Source of the DNA: Proteobacteria bacterium CAG:495
Lineage (GTDB): Bacteria > Pseudomonadota > Alphaproteobacteria > RF32 > CAG-239
Direction of reading: 5' to 3'
NCBI GenBank assembly: GCA_000432275.1
Contig: HF995314.1
Coordinates: 42,313 to 106,312 of the forward strand
Length of the DNA stretch: 64,000 bases
A program made the translations under genes and the position numbers. Under the pieces are notes generated by a model. The model did not search any database. It worked only from the letters and a program-made list of their open reading frames with translations, and was not told the DNA's origin. This document shows positions 18,049 to 27,552 of this stretch, in pieces. Position 1 is the first letter of the stretch. Each line of letters starts with the position of its first letter.

Positions 18049-21000
18049 TTATTTGCCTTCCGGGTAGTTTCCGTAGGCTTTTTCCCGCCAGGTCTGGAAC
18101 AGGATATAAAGCAGAGGAATCACTATCAGTCCGGCAATGGTACCCAGCATCATTCCGTAGAATACGGGCACGCCGATGGCAATACGGCTGGATGCGCCGG
18201 CACCGGTAGCCACAATCATGGGCAAAACACCCAGGATGAACGTGAATGCAGTCATCAAAACGGCACGAAAACGTTCTTTGGTACCGATTACCGCAGCTTT
18301 AATAATGCTGCTGCCGCGTTCGTGTTCCTCCTTGGAGAACTCAACCACCAAAATAGCGTTCTTGGCAGCCAAGCCAACCAGCAGGATAAGACCCAGCTGA
18401 GCATAAATGCTCAACGGCAGACCGGTTATGAACAAACCGAGCAGTGCACCGAGCATCGCCACGGAAACCGAAGTCAAAACCGGAAGCGGCGTAGACCAGC
18501 TTTCATACTGGGCAACCAGGAACAGATAAGCAAACGTCATTGCCAAGGCAATCAAATAACCGATTTGACCGCCGCTGGATTTTTCCTGATAGCTCATACC
18601 GGACCAATCGTAGCTGAAGCCTTCGGGCAGCTTCTGAGACAACGTCTCCAATGCCCCCATGGCCTGACCGGTACTGGAAGCCGGGTTTTGTACTGCCGTC
18701 ACGGTAGCGCTGGGATACTGGTTGTAGCGGGTAACAACACGCGGAGCCAAAACCTTGCGGAGGCTGACCAGGGCATCAAGCGGCACCATTTCGCCGTTCT
18801 GGTTTTGAACATGGAGCTTTTTGAGACTTTCGATATCCTTACGATATTTCCAGTCAGCCTGAATCATTACCTTGTTAACCTGGGTACCGAAGTTAACGTC
18901 GTTGACATAGCTGGAACCCAGATAATTTTGCAGCACGCTGTAAATACTGCCGATGGAAACTTTCATCGCTTCGGCTTTTTCACGGTCGATGTCGATGTAA
19001 AAGTTCGGCGTTTGTGCCGTATACGTGGTATAGGCATACATAATATTAGGATCCTGATTAATCAGCATCAAAATATTGTTTAAGGCAGCTTCAATTTTTT
19101 GCGGGTTGTCCGTATTCAGAGACTGCAGACGATAATCCATACCGCCGCTCATACCAAGACCCATAATTGCCGGCGGTTCAAACAACTGAATATCGGCTTC
19201 CGGCATACCGATAAGTTTGGCACGAATCCGGTTTAAGATATTGGTTGAATACAGTTCGTCACCGGGACGCTGGTTCCAAGGCTTTAGGGTAATAATACCC
19301 ATTGCAACGTTCTCGCCGCTGCCGCCAATCATACTGTGGCCGATAATTCCCATAACGTTATCAACGCCGGCCTCCTCCTTAAGCAGCGGATAAATCTTGT
19401 CCATAAACTGCTGCGTACGCATACGGCTGGCACCTTCGGGAAGCTGGACGTTCATAAAGATAACGCCCTGATCCTCGGAAGGAATGAATGACGTCTGACT
19501 GATGTGCAGCAAACCGCCCACACCGGCAAACAGCAATACCATTAACAGGAAAATGACACTTACCTTGCGGCCCACAAAACCGACGACGGAAGCATATTTA
19601 TCGCGACTTTTGTTGACAATACGGTTAAACCAGAACAACGGTCCCGACTGGGCCGGTTTCAGCGGACGCAGCAATGTTGCGCACAATGCCGGCGACAACG
19701 TCAACGCGTTCAGGGCGGAAAATGCCACCGACGTAGAAATCGCAATTGCAAACTGCTGATAAATCTTACCGGTAATACCGCCGAGAAAGCCGACCGGCAC
19801 AAAGATGGCCAACAGAACCAACGTGGTTGCGACAATAGCGCTGGAAACCTGTTCCATAGCCTTAATCGTCGCCTCTTTCGGCGAAAGCTTTTCATACTCC
19901 ATCAAATACAAAACGCGTTCGACCACCACAATCGCGTCGTCCACCACCAGACCGATGGCCAACACCAAACCGAACAGCGTCAGCATATTCAGGCTGAAGC
20001 CCAGAGCCAGCATTACGGCAAACGTCGCAAACAACGACACCGGAATGGTCAGGGTCGGAATAAGGGTTGAGCGCCAGTCCTGCAAAAAGACATAACAAAC
20101 CAAAATAACCAAAGCAAACGTCAAAACCAACGTGAAAATAACTTCTTCGATGGAAGCTTTAATATATTCGGTAGAGTCATAGCCGACGGTATAAATCATA
20201 TCTTCGGGGAAGCGCTGAGACAGACGTTCAATCTCGGCTTTAACGCCGTTCATGGCGTCCAGTGCGTTTGCACCGGCCAACTGGTTGATTGCAATCGCAA
20301 CGTTGGGAGCGCCGTTGAATTTGGAAGTCGCATCATAACTTTCTTCACCAATTTCCACCCGGGCGATATCTTTCAGGTAAACAAGACCGCCCTGCTCGGC
20401 AGTGCGAACGATAATATTCTGAAAGTCCTCGACTTCATTAATACGACCCTGCGTCTGCAACGTGTAGACCATTTGCTGGGTTCCGTCGCCGGGCATAGCG
20501 CCGACGCTGCCCAGAGAAGGCTGATAGTTCTGCCCTTCAATGGCGGACTTAATCGTATCGACAGGTATATTCAGAGCGGTAATTTTGTCAGCGTCAAGCC
20601 AAACGCGCATACTTAACCGGGAAGAATAAACGTTGACTTCGCCAACGCCGGCCACACGGCTCAAACTGTCCTTGACGTTGTTTTGAACGTAGTCGGCCAG
20701 CTGTAACTGAGAATATGTGCCTTTGGGCGAAATAATGCTGATAAAGCCCAACATATTTGAAGAACGGCTTTTAACCGTCAATCCCTGGCGGGTAACCTCC
20801 GTCGGAAGTTTGGACTGAGCCTGCTGGATACGGTTTTGAACCTTAACCTGAGCCATATCGCGGTCCACACCGACTTTAAAGGTAACGGTCAGAGAATAAC
20901 TGGAGTTCTCCGAAGAAGAACTCATGTAAAGCATATCTTCAACACCGTTGATTTCCTCTTCCAGAGGGATACCGATTGTCTTTGCCACAACCTCAGCGCT

Positions 21001-21159
21001 GGCGCCGGGATAAGATGCGGAAACCACAACTTCCGGCGGCGTGATTTCGGGATAAAGAGAAATCGGCAGCGAGAAAACAGAGATAATACCGGCCAGCGTC
21101 AACACGATGGAAATAACCATCGCAAAACGCGGGCGCTCAATAAAAATGCGTGAAAACAT
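18049..21159 (-). CDS. RND multidrug efflux permease (AcrB/HAE1 family)
   Basis: 1,036 aa with 12-TM and two large periplasmic loops, typical of AcrB. Conserved N-terminus [24 protein letters not shown]. Confidence 0.92.
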   Translation of the reverse strand: MFSRIFIERPRFAMVISIVLTLAGIISVFSLPISLYPEITPPEVVVSASYPGASAEVVAKTIGIPLEEEINGVEDMLYMSSSSENSSYSLTVTFKVGVDRDMAQVKVQNRIQQAQSKLPTEVTRQGLTVKSRSSNMLGFISIISPKGTYSQLQLADYVQNNVKDSLSRVAGVGEVNVYSSRLSMRVWLDADKITALNIPVDTIKSAIEGQNYQPSLGSVGAMPGDGTQQMVYTLQTQGRINEVEDFQNIIVRTAEQGGLVYLKDIARVEIGEESYDATSKFNGAPNVAIAINQLAGANALDAMNGVKAEIERLSQRFPEDMIYTVGYDSTEYIKASIEEVIFTLVLTFALVILVCYVFLQDWRSTLIPTLTIPVSLFATFAVMLALGFSLNMLTLFGLVLAIGLVVDDAIVVVERVLYLMEYEKLSPKEATIKAMEQVSSAIVATTLVLLAIFVPVGFLGGITGKIYQQFAIAISTSVAFSALNALTLSPALCATLLRPLKPAQSGPLFWFNRIVNKSRDKYASVVGFVGRKVSVIFLLMVLLFAGVGGLLHISQTSFIPSEDQGVIFMNVQLPEGASRMRTQQFMDKIYPLLKEEAGVDNVMGIIGHSMIGGSGENVAMGIITLKPWNQRPGDELYSTNILNRIRAKLIGMPEADIQLFEPPAIMGLGMSGGMDYRLQSLNTDNPQKIEAALNNILMLINQDPNIMYAYTTYTAQTPNFYIDIDREKAEAMKVSIGSIYSVLQNYLGSSYVNDVNFGTQVNKVMIQADWKYRKDIESLKKLHVQNQNGEMVPLDALVSLRKVLAPRVVTRYNQYPSATVTAVQNPASSTGQAMGALETLSQKLPEGFSYDWSGMSYQEKSSGGQIGYLIALAMTFAYLFLVAQYESWSTPLPVLTSVSVAMLGALLGLFITGLPLSIYAQLGLILLVGLAAKNAILVVEFSKEEHERGSSIIKAAVIGTKERFRAVLMTAFTFILGVLPMIVATGAGASSRIAIGVPVFYGMMLGTIAGLIVIPLLYILFQTWREKAYGNYPEGK

Positions 21160-21162
21160 GGA

Positions 21163-22413
21163 TTATTCTACCTCCGCGGTTTCAGTATCTGCATCATCAG
21201 CCGGAGACTGGACGTCCTCTTTCAGCGAATCAGCAACAATAACACGATTTTCGGCTTTTTCGTTTTTAATCTCGCCGACTTTTACCTTCTGGCCGTTGGT
21301 GACTTTTTGCAGACCTTGGATAATTACACGGTCATCAGCCGTCAGACCATCGGTAACGACCTGCTTGTCCTCGATAATATCACCAAGCAGAACGCGTCTT
21401 TCCTCGGCAATGTCTTCGTCGTTGACAACCATAACGTAGTTGCCGTGCTCGTCCTGGGCAATAGCTCCCTGCGGAACCAATACCGCCAGCTGCGGATCTT
21501 TCTTGCCGACGCGGATGTCAACATAGTTTCCGGGGATGAGCAGATTGCGTTCATTGCTGTACTCGGCATAGATTGCAATAGTTGCAGTATCCGAATTGAT
21601 TTCGTTGTCCGTAAAGCGGGACTTCAAATGATTGACCAAAATTTTGCCGTTGGGAAGCACCAGTTCCGTGCGGATGGGAGAAGAATCCGCACCGTTTTTG
21701 TACATCTCGCGCATATTCAACATATCTTTATCAGAAACGGAAAACGACACGCGAATCGGGTCGGTCTGAACGATGCGCGCAAGATTTTGCGTTGTTGAAT
21801 TGACGTAGTTTCCTTCGGTAACCAGAGCCTTACCGATGTAACCGGTAATCGGCGCCTTGATTTCGGTATAGTCCAAATCTATTTTTGCCAAATCGAGATT
21901 AGCCTCGGCCTGGGCAACCGCGGCCTTGGCCTGGAGATAGTTGCTTTCCGAAGTATCGAGCGTTGCCTTGGAAGCATAATTCTGACTGCTCAGGGACTTC
22001 TGGCGCTTATAATCACGCTCGGCACGAACCAGATTAGCCTTGGCGCTGGCCAGTTCCGCCTGGCGCAGCTCTACATTTGCGATATAGCGTTTTTGTTCTA
22101 TGATAAAGAGGATATCTCCTTCGTTTACCAGAGAACCTTCCTGAAACAGAACCTTTTCGACATAACCGGTAACCTGCGGTTTGAGGTTAACACTCTTGAT
22201 GGCTTCAACATGGCCGATATAAGAGGTGGCCGGAGAAATATTGCGGGTTTCAAGCTTCTGAACCAAAACATAAGGTTCGCCGGCTCCCATACCGCCCATC
22301 GGTGCCGATGACGGCGTTAACTTGCTTTTCAGAAACCATCCGAAAGCAACACATAAAACCAAAATAACAATCTGTCGAATAATGACGCGATTTTTAATTT
22401 TTCCTATAATCAT
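21163..22413 (-). CDS. RND efflux membrane fusion protein (AcrA-like periplasmic adaptor)
   Basis: 416 aa with lipoyl/hairpin/beta-barrel MFP organisation, directly upstream of the RND permease. Confidence 0.9.
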   Translation of the reverse strand: MIIGKIKNRVIIRQIVILVLCVAFGWFLKSKLTPSSAPMGGMGAGEPYVLVQKLETRNISPATSYIGHVEAIKSVNLKPQVTGYVEKVLFQEGSLVNEGDILFIIEQKRYIANVELRQAELASAKANLVRAERDYKRQKSLSSQNYASKATLDTSESNYLQAKAAVAQAEANLDLAKIDLDYTEIKAPITGYIGKALVTEGNYVNSTTQNLARIVQTDPIRVSFSVSDKDMLNMREMYKNGADSSPIRTELVLPNGKILVNHLKSRFTDNEINSDTATIAIYAEYSNERNLLIPGNYVDIRVGKKDPQLAVLVPQGAIAQDEHGNYVMVVNDEDIAEERRVLLGDIIEDKQVVTDGLTADDRVIIQGLQKVTNGQKVKVGEIKNEKAENRVIVADSLKEDVQSPADDADTETAEVE

Positions 22414-22415
22414 CT

Positions 22416-22868
22416 TTATTTCTTCTCCACTATAATACCATCCATAATCAGATCAAAAGCCTTAAGTACCATGACCGAAAAACATATTGGATACTGCTTT
22501 CCGATGTAAAGACCGAGGGTTCCCCGCCACGCACTTAAAAGGATTGACGCTAATTCATCGACATTAATATTGCTTGTTATTTGCTCACTTTTTTGCAACA
22601 AAGTCAATGTTTCTTTTGTTCTTTGCATAGGAAAATCACGAATCTCGCGAACCTGCTCGCCAATCTTCTGGGCAATGGCTTCAGACCATTCCATCTGATA
22701 AATCAAGAAAAATAAAAACTTGCAAAAATCAGGATCCTGTTCAATCGCCTGAGCGTGCAGCCTTATTTGTTCACGCAGGGCGTCAACCGTTAAAATCGTA
22801 TCCCGGGGCTCATTTTCGCGATGTTTGATGTCTATCCCGGGGCTCAATTTCGCGATGTTTGATGTCAA
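22416..22868 (-). CDS. TetR/AcrR-family regulator, C-terminal ligand-binding fragment
   Basis: Helical AcrR-like C-terminal domain. The N-terminus (MTSNIAKLSPGIDIKHRENEPRD) repeats the sequence at the end of the upstream fragment. Confidence 0.6.
   Translation of the reverse strand: MTSNIAKLSPGIDIKHRENEPRDTILTVDALREQIRLHAQAIEQDPDFCKFLFFLIYQMEWSEAIAQKIGEQVREIRDFPMQRTKETLTLLQKSEQITSNINVDELASILLSAWRGTLGLYIGKQYPICFSVMVLKAFDLIMDGIIVEKK
22800..22867. repeat. 34-bp tandem direct duplication (2 mismatches) inside the tetR/acrR gene
   Basis: Copy at 22800-22833 is atcccggggctcattttcgcgatgtttgatgtct. Copy at 22834-22867 is atcccggggctcaatttcgcgatgtttgatgtca. Period 34 = 3n+1. Confidence 0.85.
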
Positions 22869-23067
22869 ATTTTTGTTTAATCAGCGCCGCCAGCAAATCG
22901 GCCTTGTTGCGAAAATGCCAATAGACGGCTCCTTTAGTGAGGTTGATACGCTTGGCGACTTCGTCAAACGTCGTACGGGAAAAGCCTTTTTCATAAAATA
23001 TATCCAATGCGGATTTCAAAACCGCTTCACGGGTTTGCTCCGCCTCTTCTTTAGTCCTTCTAGCCAT
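22810..23067 (-). CDS. TetR/AcrR-family regulator, N-terminal HTH fragment
   Basis: TetR_N HTH (TREAVLKSALDIFYEKGFSRTTFDEVAKRINLTKGAVYWHFRNKADLL). Ends in ...DIKHREIEPRDRHQTSRK after the duplication. Confidence 0.65.
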   Translation of the reverse strand: MARRTKEEAEQTREAVLKSALDIFYEKGFSRTTFDEVAKRINLTKGAVYWHFRNKADLLAALIKQKFDIKHREIEPRDRHQTSRK

Positions 23068-23085
23068 TATTTATTCACTCGCAAT

Positions 23086-23115
23086 TATACATACTAAACT
23101 CGTGGTATGTATAAA
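23086..23115. promoter_or_regulatory. candidate TetR operator: perfect 10-bp inverted repeat TTATACATAC-N10-GTATGTATAA, with a third GTATGTATAA half-site at 23167-23176
   Basis: The palindrome lies 19-48 bp upstream of the tetR start codon, which is typical of autoregulated TetR operators overlapping their promoter. Confidence 0.45.
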
Positions 23116-23201
23116 CGAGCTATAAAAATTTGCAACAAAAAAATGAAAAGAAAATTTAAAAAATCGGTATGTATAATTAAAAAAACAGATATATACAGGC
23201 A

Positions 23202-23233
23202 AAGAAGCCGTTGATTTTCAACAACGGCTTCTT
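23202..23233. terminator. strong hairpin 3' of malQ (12-bp perfect stem AAGAAGCCGTTG / CAACGGCTTCTT); no U-run
   Basis: Perfect inverted repeat with an 8-nt loop immediately downstream of the malQ stop. The lack of a T-tract makes intrinsic termination uncertain. Confidence 0.4.
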
Positions 23234-23289
23234 ATAAACGAACAGTCAATCCCTAACCGCTACAAAGGCACAGCCGGCGGGCTGTCTGC

Positions 23290-25437
23290 CTATCGTTCCC
23301 TTTTTATTGCGGCAATGTTGCGGACATAGGCTATATCTGTCTCCAATCGCTCCAGCGACACCGGAAGCTTCCGCCGCCAGTTGGGATGTTTGTCACGATC
23401 GGTGCCCGGCAGGTTCTGCATTTTTTCAACATGAAGGATATCTTCCGGCTGAGCCAGGAACACCTGAGAGGCGCAGCGAGACATAAAGCGGTTTACCGCT
23501 TCTTCAATTCCTTCAGGATACCCTTCTCCGTAAATGTAATTGCTTTTACGCTGATTATCCTCCGGCCAAACGCCGTTGCCGTCCAGCGCCGACAAAAGCT
23601 TCCACCGGTCAAGCTCGCGTTTGTGATAAGCATTGCTGCGACCCTGCTCATCAGGAATCAGCCCCAGCAGATAACTGAGTTCAATGTCGTAACCAAACCA
23701 CCACATGCGCAACGGCGCCATATCATGCGTTCCGACAGAAGCAAAGGCAGCTTTAGGATAAGCCGACGGCGGTGCAAAATCGCCCCAGCCGGCGTCATAA
23801 CGCTCAGACCACAAAACGCTCAGCGGATGAATATTGCGCTCGGCCAAAATTTCCAAGAATCCTTCGGGAACGTTTCCGATACTTTCGCCGACAACGGCAC
23901 ACCGGTTAAGATGACTTTCCAGTGCAACCAGATTGAGCATATCTGCAAAATTATAAAAAACATAAGTGCCCTGTTCGCCCTCGTCGGGAATCAGATAAAG
24001 GCGCATCAGGCTCATTACATGGTCGATACGCAGCGCCCCGGCGTTTTTCATATTGGCCCGCAAAATTTTGATAAATGCCTCGTAGCGGTTCTCTTTTAAC
24101 TTAAACGGATTAAACGCTCCGAGACACCATTTTTGCCCCGCAGGAAAAAAGGCATCGGGCGGTGCACCGGCACCGGCATCGGCAAAGAACAATTCGGGCT
24201 GGCTCCACAATTCGGCGCTGTCTTTGCCTACGCCGACCGCAAGGTCCCGATAGAAACCGACGCCCAATCCGAGTTCCTTTACCAACCCCTGCGCTTTGTT
24301 AAACTGACGGTCAGCCTCAAATTGTAAAAATTTGAAAAAATCAACTCTCAGCTTATGCTCTTTCACATAAGCCTTTACCGCGGGAGAGTCCGGATGGCGG
24401 TATTCTTCGGGCCAGGCTCGCCAGCCGCCCCAGGACTGTATGTTCTCATCTTCATACAACGTCTGAAATGCGGCCAATTTTTCAAGATCTTTGCCCTGCT
24501 CTTTGCAAAACTGCTTGTAAGCGGCCAAACGTTCTTTGTTTCCGCCGTTTAAGAAACGGTTATAACAACGCTCAAGCATTTTAATTTTTAAAGGATAGAC
24601 TTCAGAATACTGAATCAGCTCGGAACTGCGCAGCTCTTCCAGCCGTCCTTCGACCTCATATTTGTCTTCCAGCGTAAACTCGGGAACCTCCTCCACATCA
24701 ATATAAATCGGATTGAGGAACAAACGGCTGATAGACGAGTATGGACTGGCATTTTCGGGGAAATTATGCATCAACACATTCAACGGATTGAGACCGATGA
24801 CCTGCGCTCCCGAACGGACACATATCTTAACCAGGCTGCATAAATCAGTAAAATCGCCGACGCCCCAGTTGCGGTCACTTTTAACGGAATAAAGCTGAAT
24901 TGAAAATCCCCAAAGCTTATGCGCCATCGCCGGCGCTTCATAACAGCGTTTGGGCGCCACGGCCAACAGCGTTTTGTAATGTTTGTTCTTTACATTCAGC
25001 CTGACGTCATAATAACCGATGTTCAGGGTTGTTTTAATGTTTATCTGCAAACGTAGCAGCTCTTGCCCGTCGACAAAAGCGGACTGTTCTTCATTTACAA
25101 CCTCATAGGACACGTCGACACGTTCGGCATCGTTTTGGCGAAAGATCTCCAAATCAAAATATTCGCCGGCCCAGGACGCAGGAACAATCACGTCAAAACT
25201 GACGTTTCCGGCTTCTACGACATAGATGTTTTCCAAGGCCTGATGCCAGCGCGCATTTTCCAATCTGTGCAGTGAATTGGCGATAGCTTCGTCGTTTGAG
25301 GCGTCATAGCCGAAACTATTGATGAAGAAACGCAGGGTTTCGTCAGAAACTTCATATTCCCGCCGTATCATTCCGGCATCAACAAACTTGGTTGCTATTC
25401 CCAGCCGTTTGGCAATTCCCTGCAAATCGTGCACCAT
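23290..25437 (-). CDS. malQ: 4-alpha-glucanotransferase (amylomaltase, GH77) MalQ
   Basis: GH77 motifs WGVGDFTDL, LNPL and SPYSSISRLFLNPIYID. 715 aa. Confidence 0.9.
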   Translation of the reverse strand: MVHDLQGIAKRLGIATKFVDAGMIRREYEVSDETLRFFINSFGYDASNDEAIANSLHRLENARWHQALENIYVVEAGNVSFDVIVPASWAGEYFDLEIFRQNDAERVDVSYEVVNEEQSAFVDGQELLRLQINIKTTLNIGYYDVRLNVKNKHYKTLLAVAPKRCYEAPAMAHKLWGFSIQLYSVKSDRNWGVGDFTDLCSLVKICVRSGAQVIGLNPLNVLMHNFPENASPYSSISRLFLNPIYIDVEEVPEFTLEDKYEVEGRLEELRSSELIQYSEVYPLKIKMLERCYNRFLNGGNKERLAAYKQFCKEQGKDLEKLAAFQTLYEDENIQSWGGWRAWPEEYRHPDSPAVKAYVKEHKLRVDFFKFLQFEADRQFNKAQGLVKELGLGVGFYRDLAVGVGKDSAELWSQPELFFADAGAGAPPDAFFPAGQKWCLGAFNPFKLKENRYEAFIKILRANMKNAGALRIDHVMSLMRLYLIPDEGEQGTYVFYNFADMLNLVALESHLNRCAVVGESIGNVPEGFLEILAERNIHPLSVLWSERYDAGWGDFAPPSAYPKAAFASVGTHDMAPLRMWWFGYDIELSYLLGLIPDEQGRSNAYHKRELDRWKLLSALDGNGVWPEDNQRKSNYIYGEGYPEGIEEAVNRFMSRCASQVFLAQPEDILHVEKMQNLPGTDRDKHPNWRRKLPVSLERLETDIAYVRNIAAIKRER

Positions 25438-25455
25438 AAAAAGTCTCCTTGATTA

Positions 25456-27534
25456 TCATTTTTTGATTTCGAAAACGAGAACGCTCCAAGCCGGCACTTT
25501 TATCTCAGCACCATTTGCGGCTTGCGCGTCATCAGCATATTTATCGGAACTGTCAAGCAGGAGGTTCCATTGGGCATCGGAACTCAGGGCCGGAAGTTTC
25601 CACATCACATCATTAAAATTGGCATTGAACAGGCACATAACAAATTTGCTGCCGGTGTAAACGCAGTAGGAAAGGCATTTGCGGCTGCCGTCGTGCCAGT
25701 CGTCAGGCGCAAATTCGGTTCCGCGTTCGGTAAACCAAGTTAAGTCCTTAAAACCGCTGCGGTCTATCGGGCGGCCGGTAAAAAACTTGCTCCGTTCAAA
25801 AATCTTGAGTTTTTTACGCAGCTTTATGACCTTTTTGGCATACCGGGTCAGGCTTTGATGCAAATCGTCTATTCCTTCCCACGTCAGCCACGTTAAAGCA
25901 TTATCCTGACAATAAGGATTGTTGTTGCCCATCTGAGTATGGGCAAATTCGTCTCCGGCAACCATCATCGGGGTTCCGAAGGAAAGCATCAGCGTCGTCA
26001 GCATGGCCTTGGCCCGCATAAAACGGTTTTCCAAAATAACCGAATTGTCCGTGTCGCCTTCGGTTCCGGAATTCCAGCTCCAGTTGGAATCATTTCCGTC
26101 GCGATTGTTTTCGCCATTGCTGGTATTGTGTTTATGATTATGGCTGACGAGGTCCCGCAGATTAAAACCGTCATGAGCGGTGATAAAGTTTACGCTGGCC
26201 CAGATATCGCGGTTGTTATAATCAAAAATATCGCTGGAGCCGGTCAAACGGCTGGCCATTTCGGCAGTCTGAAACTGGTCGCCTTTCCAGAAACGTCTGA
26301 TGTTATCACGGTATTTGTCATTCCATTCGGCCCAGCCGGGGAGAAAGGCACCGACCTGATATCCGCCAAAGCCGACATCCCACGGTTCGGCTATCATTTT
26401 GCTTTGGCGCAACAAGGGATCCTGAGCTACCGCGTACATAAAACCGCTTTCACGGGAAAACGACGTTCCCTGACGAGCCAGTGTGGGTGCAAGATCGAAA
26501 CGGAAACCATCAACATGCATTTGCTCAACCCAGTAGCGCAGGGAATCCATTACCAGACGCAACACATACGGATTTGACACATTAAACGATGCCCCACAAC
26601 CGGTGGAATCATAATAATAGCGTTTATTATCGGGATTGAGCGTGTAGTATGAACTGTTGTCTATGCCGCGATAACACAGGGTCGGCCCGAGCTGATTGCC
26701 CTCGCCGGTATGATTATAGACCACATCCATTATGACTTCAAGGCCGTGGGCGTGCATATTTTTGACAAGGTCTTTTATTTCATTCACGTTATTCGTGGCC
26801 AGATACGATTGTTCCGGCGCAAAAAAGCTAAAACTTTCATACCCCCAATAATTGTCGGTAATATAGCCTTTTTTGTGACGGTTTCCGAAAAAGGCGTGCA
26901 CCGGCAGAAATTCGACGGCGGTAACCCCCAGCCATTTGACGTAATTGATTACGCTTTTGTTGTTAAAGCCGGCAAAGGTTCCGCGTTTGGCCTCGGGAAC
27001 ATAAGGATGAAGTTTGGTATAACCGCGCAGATGGGTTTCATAAATAACGCTTTCTTCAAACTTGTGGCGGGGATGACGGTCATCGCCCCAATCATAAGCG
27101 TCGTCAACCACGACCGACTTCGGCACATAAGGCGCCGAATCAAGCGCACTGAACGACAAATCCTTGTCGGGACTGTCGATGTCATAACCGAAAATGGCCT
27201 TATTCCAAATCAGTTTGCCGATGAGCTTTTTGCCATACGGGTCAATCAGCAGCTTATGGTGGTTAAACCGCAGACCGGCCTCCGGCTTATACGGGCCGTA
27301 GACACGATAGCCATAAACCTGTTCAGGCTTAACCCCGGCCAGATAAATATGCCAAATGTTGTTGTCGTTTTCCGTGATGACGTAGCGTTCCAACTCTTCC
27401 GACCCGGAACGGTCAAACAGGCACAGTTCGACCTTTTCGGCATGAGCGGAGAACAAGGCAAAGTTTACTCCCTTCCCGTCATAACTCGAACCCAGTGGAT
27501 AAGCCGCGCCGCCTGAAGGTTTGAAACTCTGCAT
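25456..27534 (-). CDS. glgX: glycogen debranching enzyme GlgX (GH13)
   Basis: N-terminus PLGSSYDGKGVNFALFSAH and GH13 catalytic regions. 692 aa. Confidence 0.9.
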   Translation of the reverse strand: MQSFKPSGGAAYPLGSSYDGKGVNFALFSAHAEKVELCLFDRSGSEELERYVITENDNNIWHIYLAGVKPEQVYGYRVYGPYKPEAGLRFNHHKLLIDPYGKKLIGKLIWNKAIFGYDIDSPDKDLSFSALDSAPYVPKSVVVDDAYDWGDDRHPRHKFEESVIYETHLRGYTKLHPYVPEAKRGTFAGFNNKSVINYVKWLGVTAVEFLPVHAFFGNRHKKGYITDNYWGYESFSFFAPEQSYLATNNVNEIKDLVKNMHAHGLEVIMDVVYNHTGEGNQLGPTLCYRGIDNSSYYTLNPDNKRYYYDSTGCGASFNVSNPYVLRLVMDSLRYWVEQMHVDGFRFDLAPTLARQGTSFSRESGFMYAVAQDPLLRQSKMIAEPWDVGFGGYQVGAFLPGWAEWNDKYRDNIRRFWKGDQFQTAEMASRLTGSSDIFDYNNRDIWASVNFITAHDGFNLRDLVSHNHKHNTSNGENNRDGNDSNWSWNSGTEGDTDNSVILENRFMRAKAMLTTLMLSFGTPMMVAGDEFAHTQMGNNNPYCQDNALTWLTWEGIDDLHQSLTRYAKKVIKLRKKLKIFERSKFFTGRPIDRSGFKDLTWFTERGTEFAPDDWHDGSRKCLSYCVYTGSKFVMCLFNANFNDVMWKLPALSSDAQWNLLLDSSDKYADDAQAANGAEIKVPAWSVLVFEIKK

Positions 27535-27552
27535 ATAAACTCCTTTTTTTCA

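Larger units (their letters stand above)
22416..23067 (-). pseudogene. TetR/AcrR repressor gene of the first RND operon, frameshifted by a 34-bp tandem duplication
   Basis: The two fragments are in adjacent frames. Removing one repeat copy gives a single ~224-aa TetR protein ...KFDIKHRENEPRDTILTVDALREQ... Confidence 0.55.
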
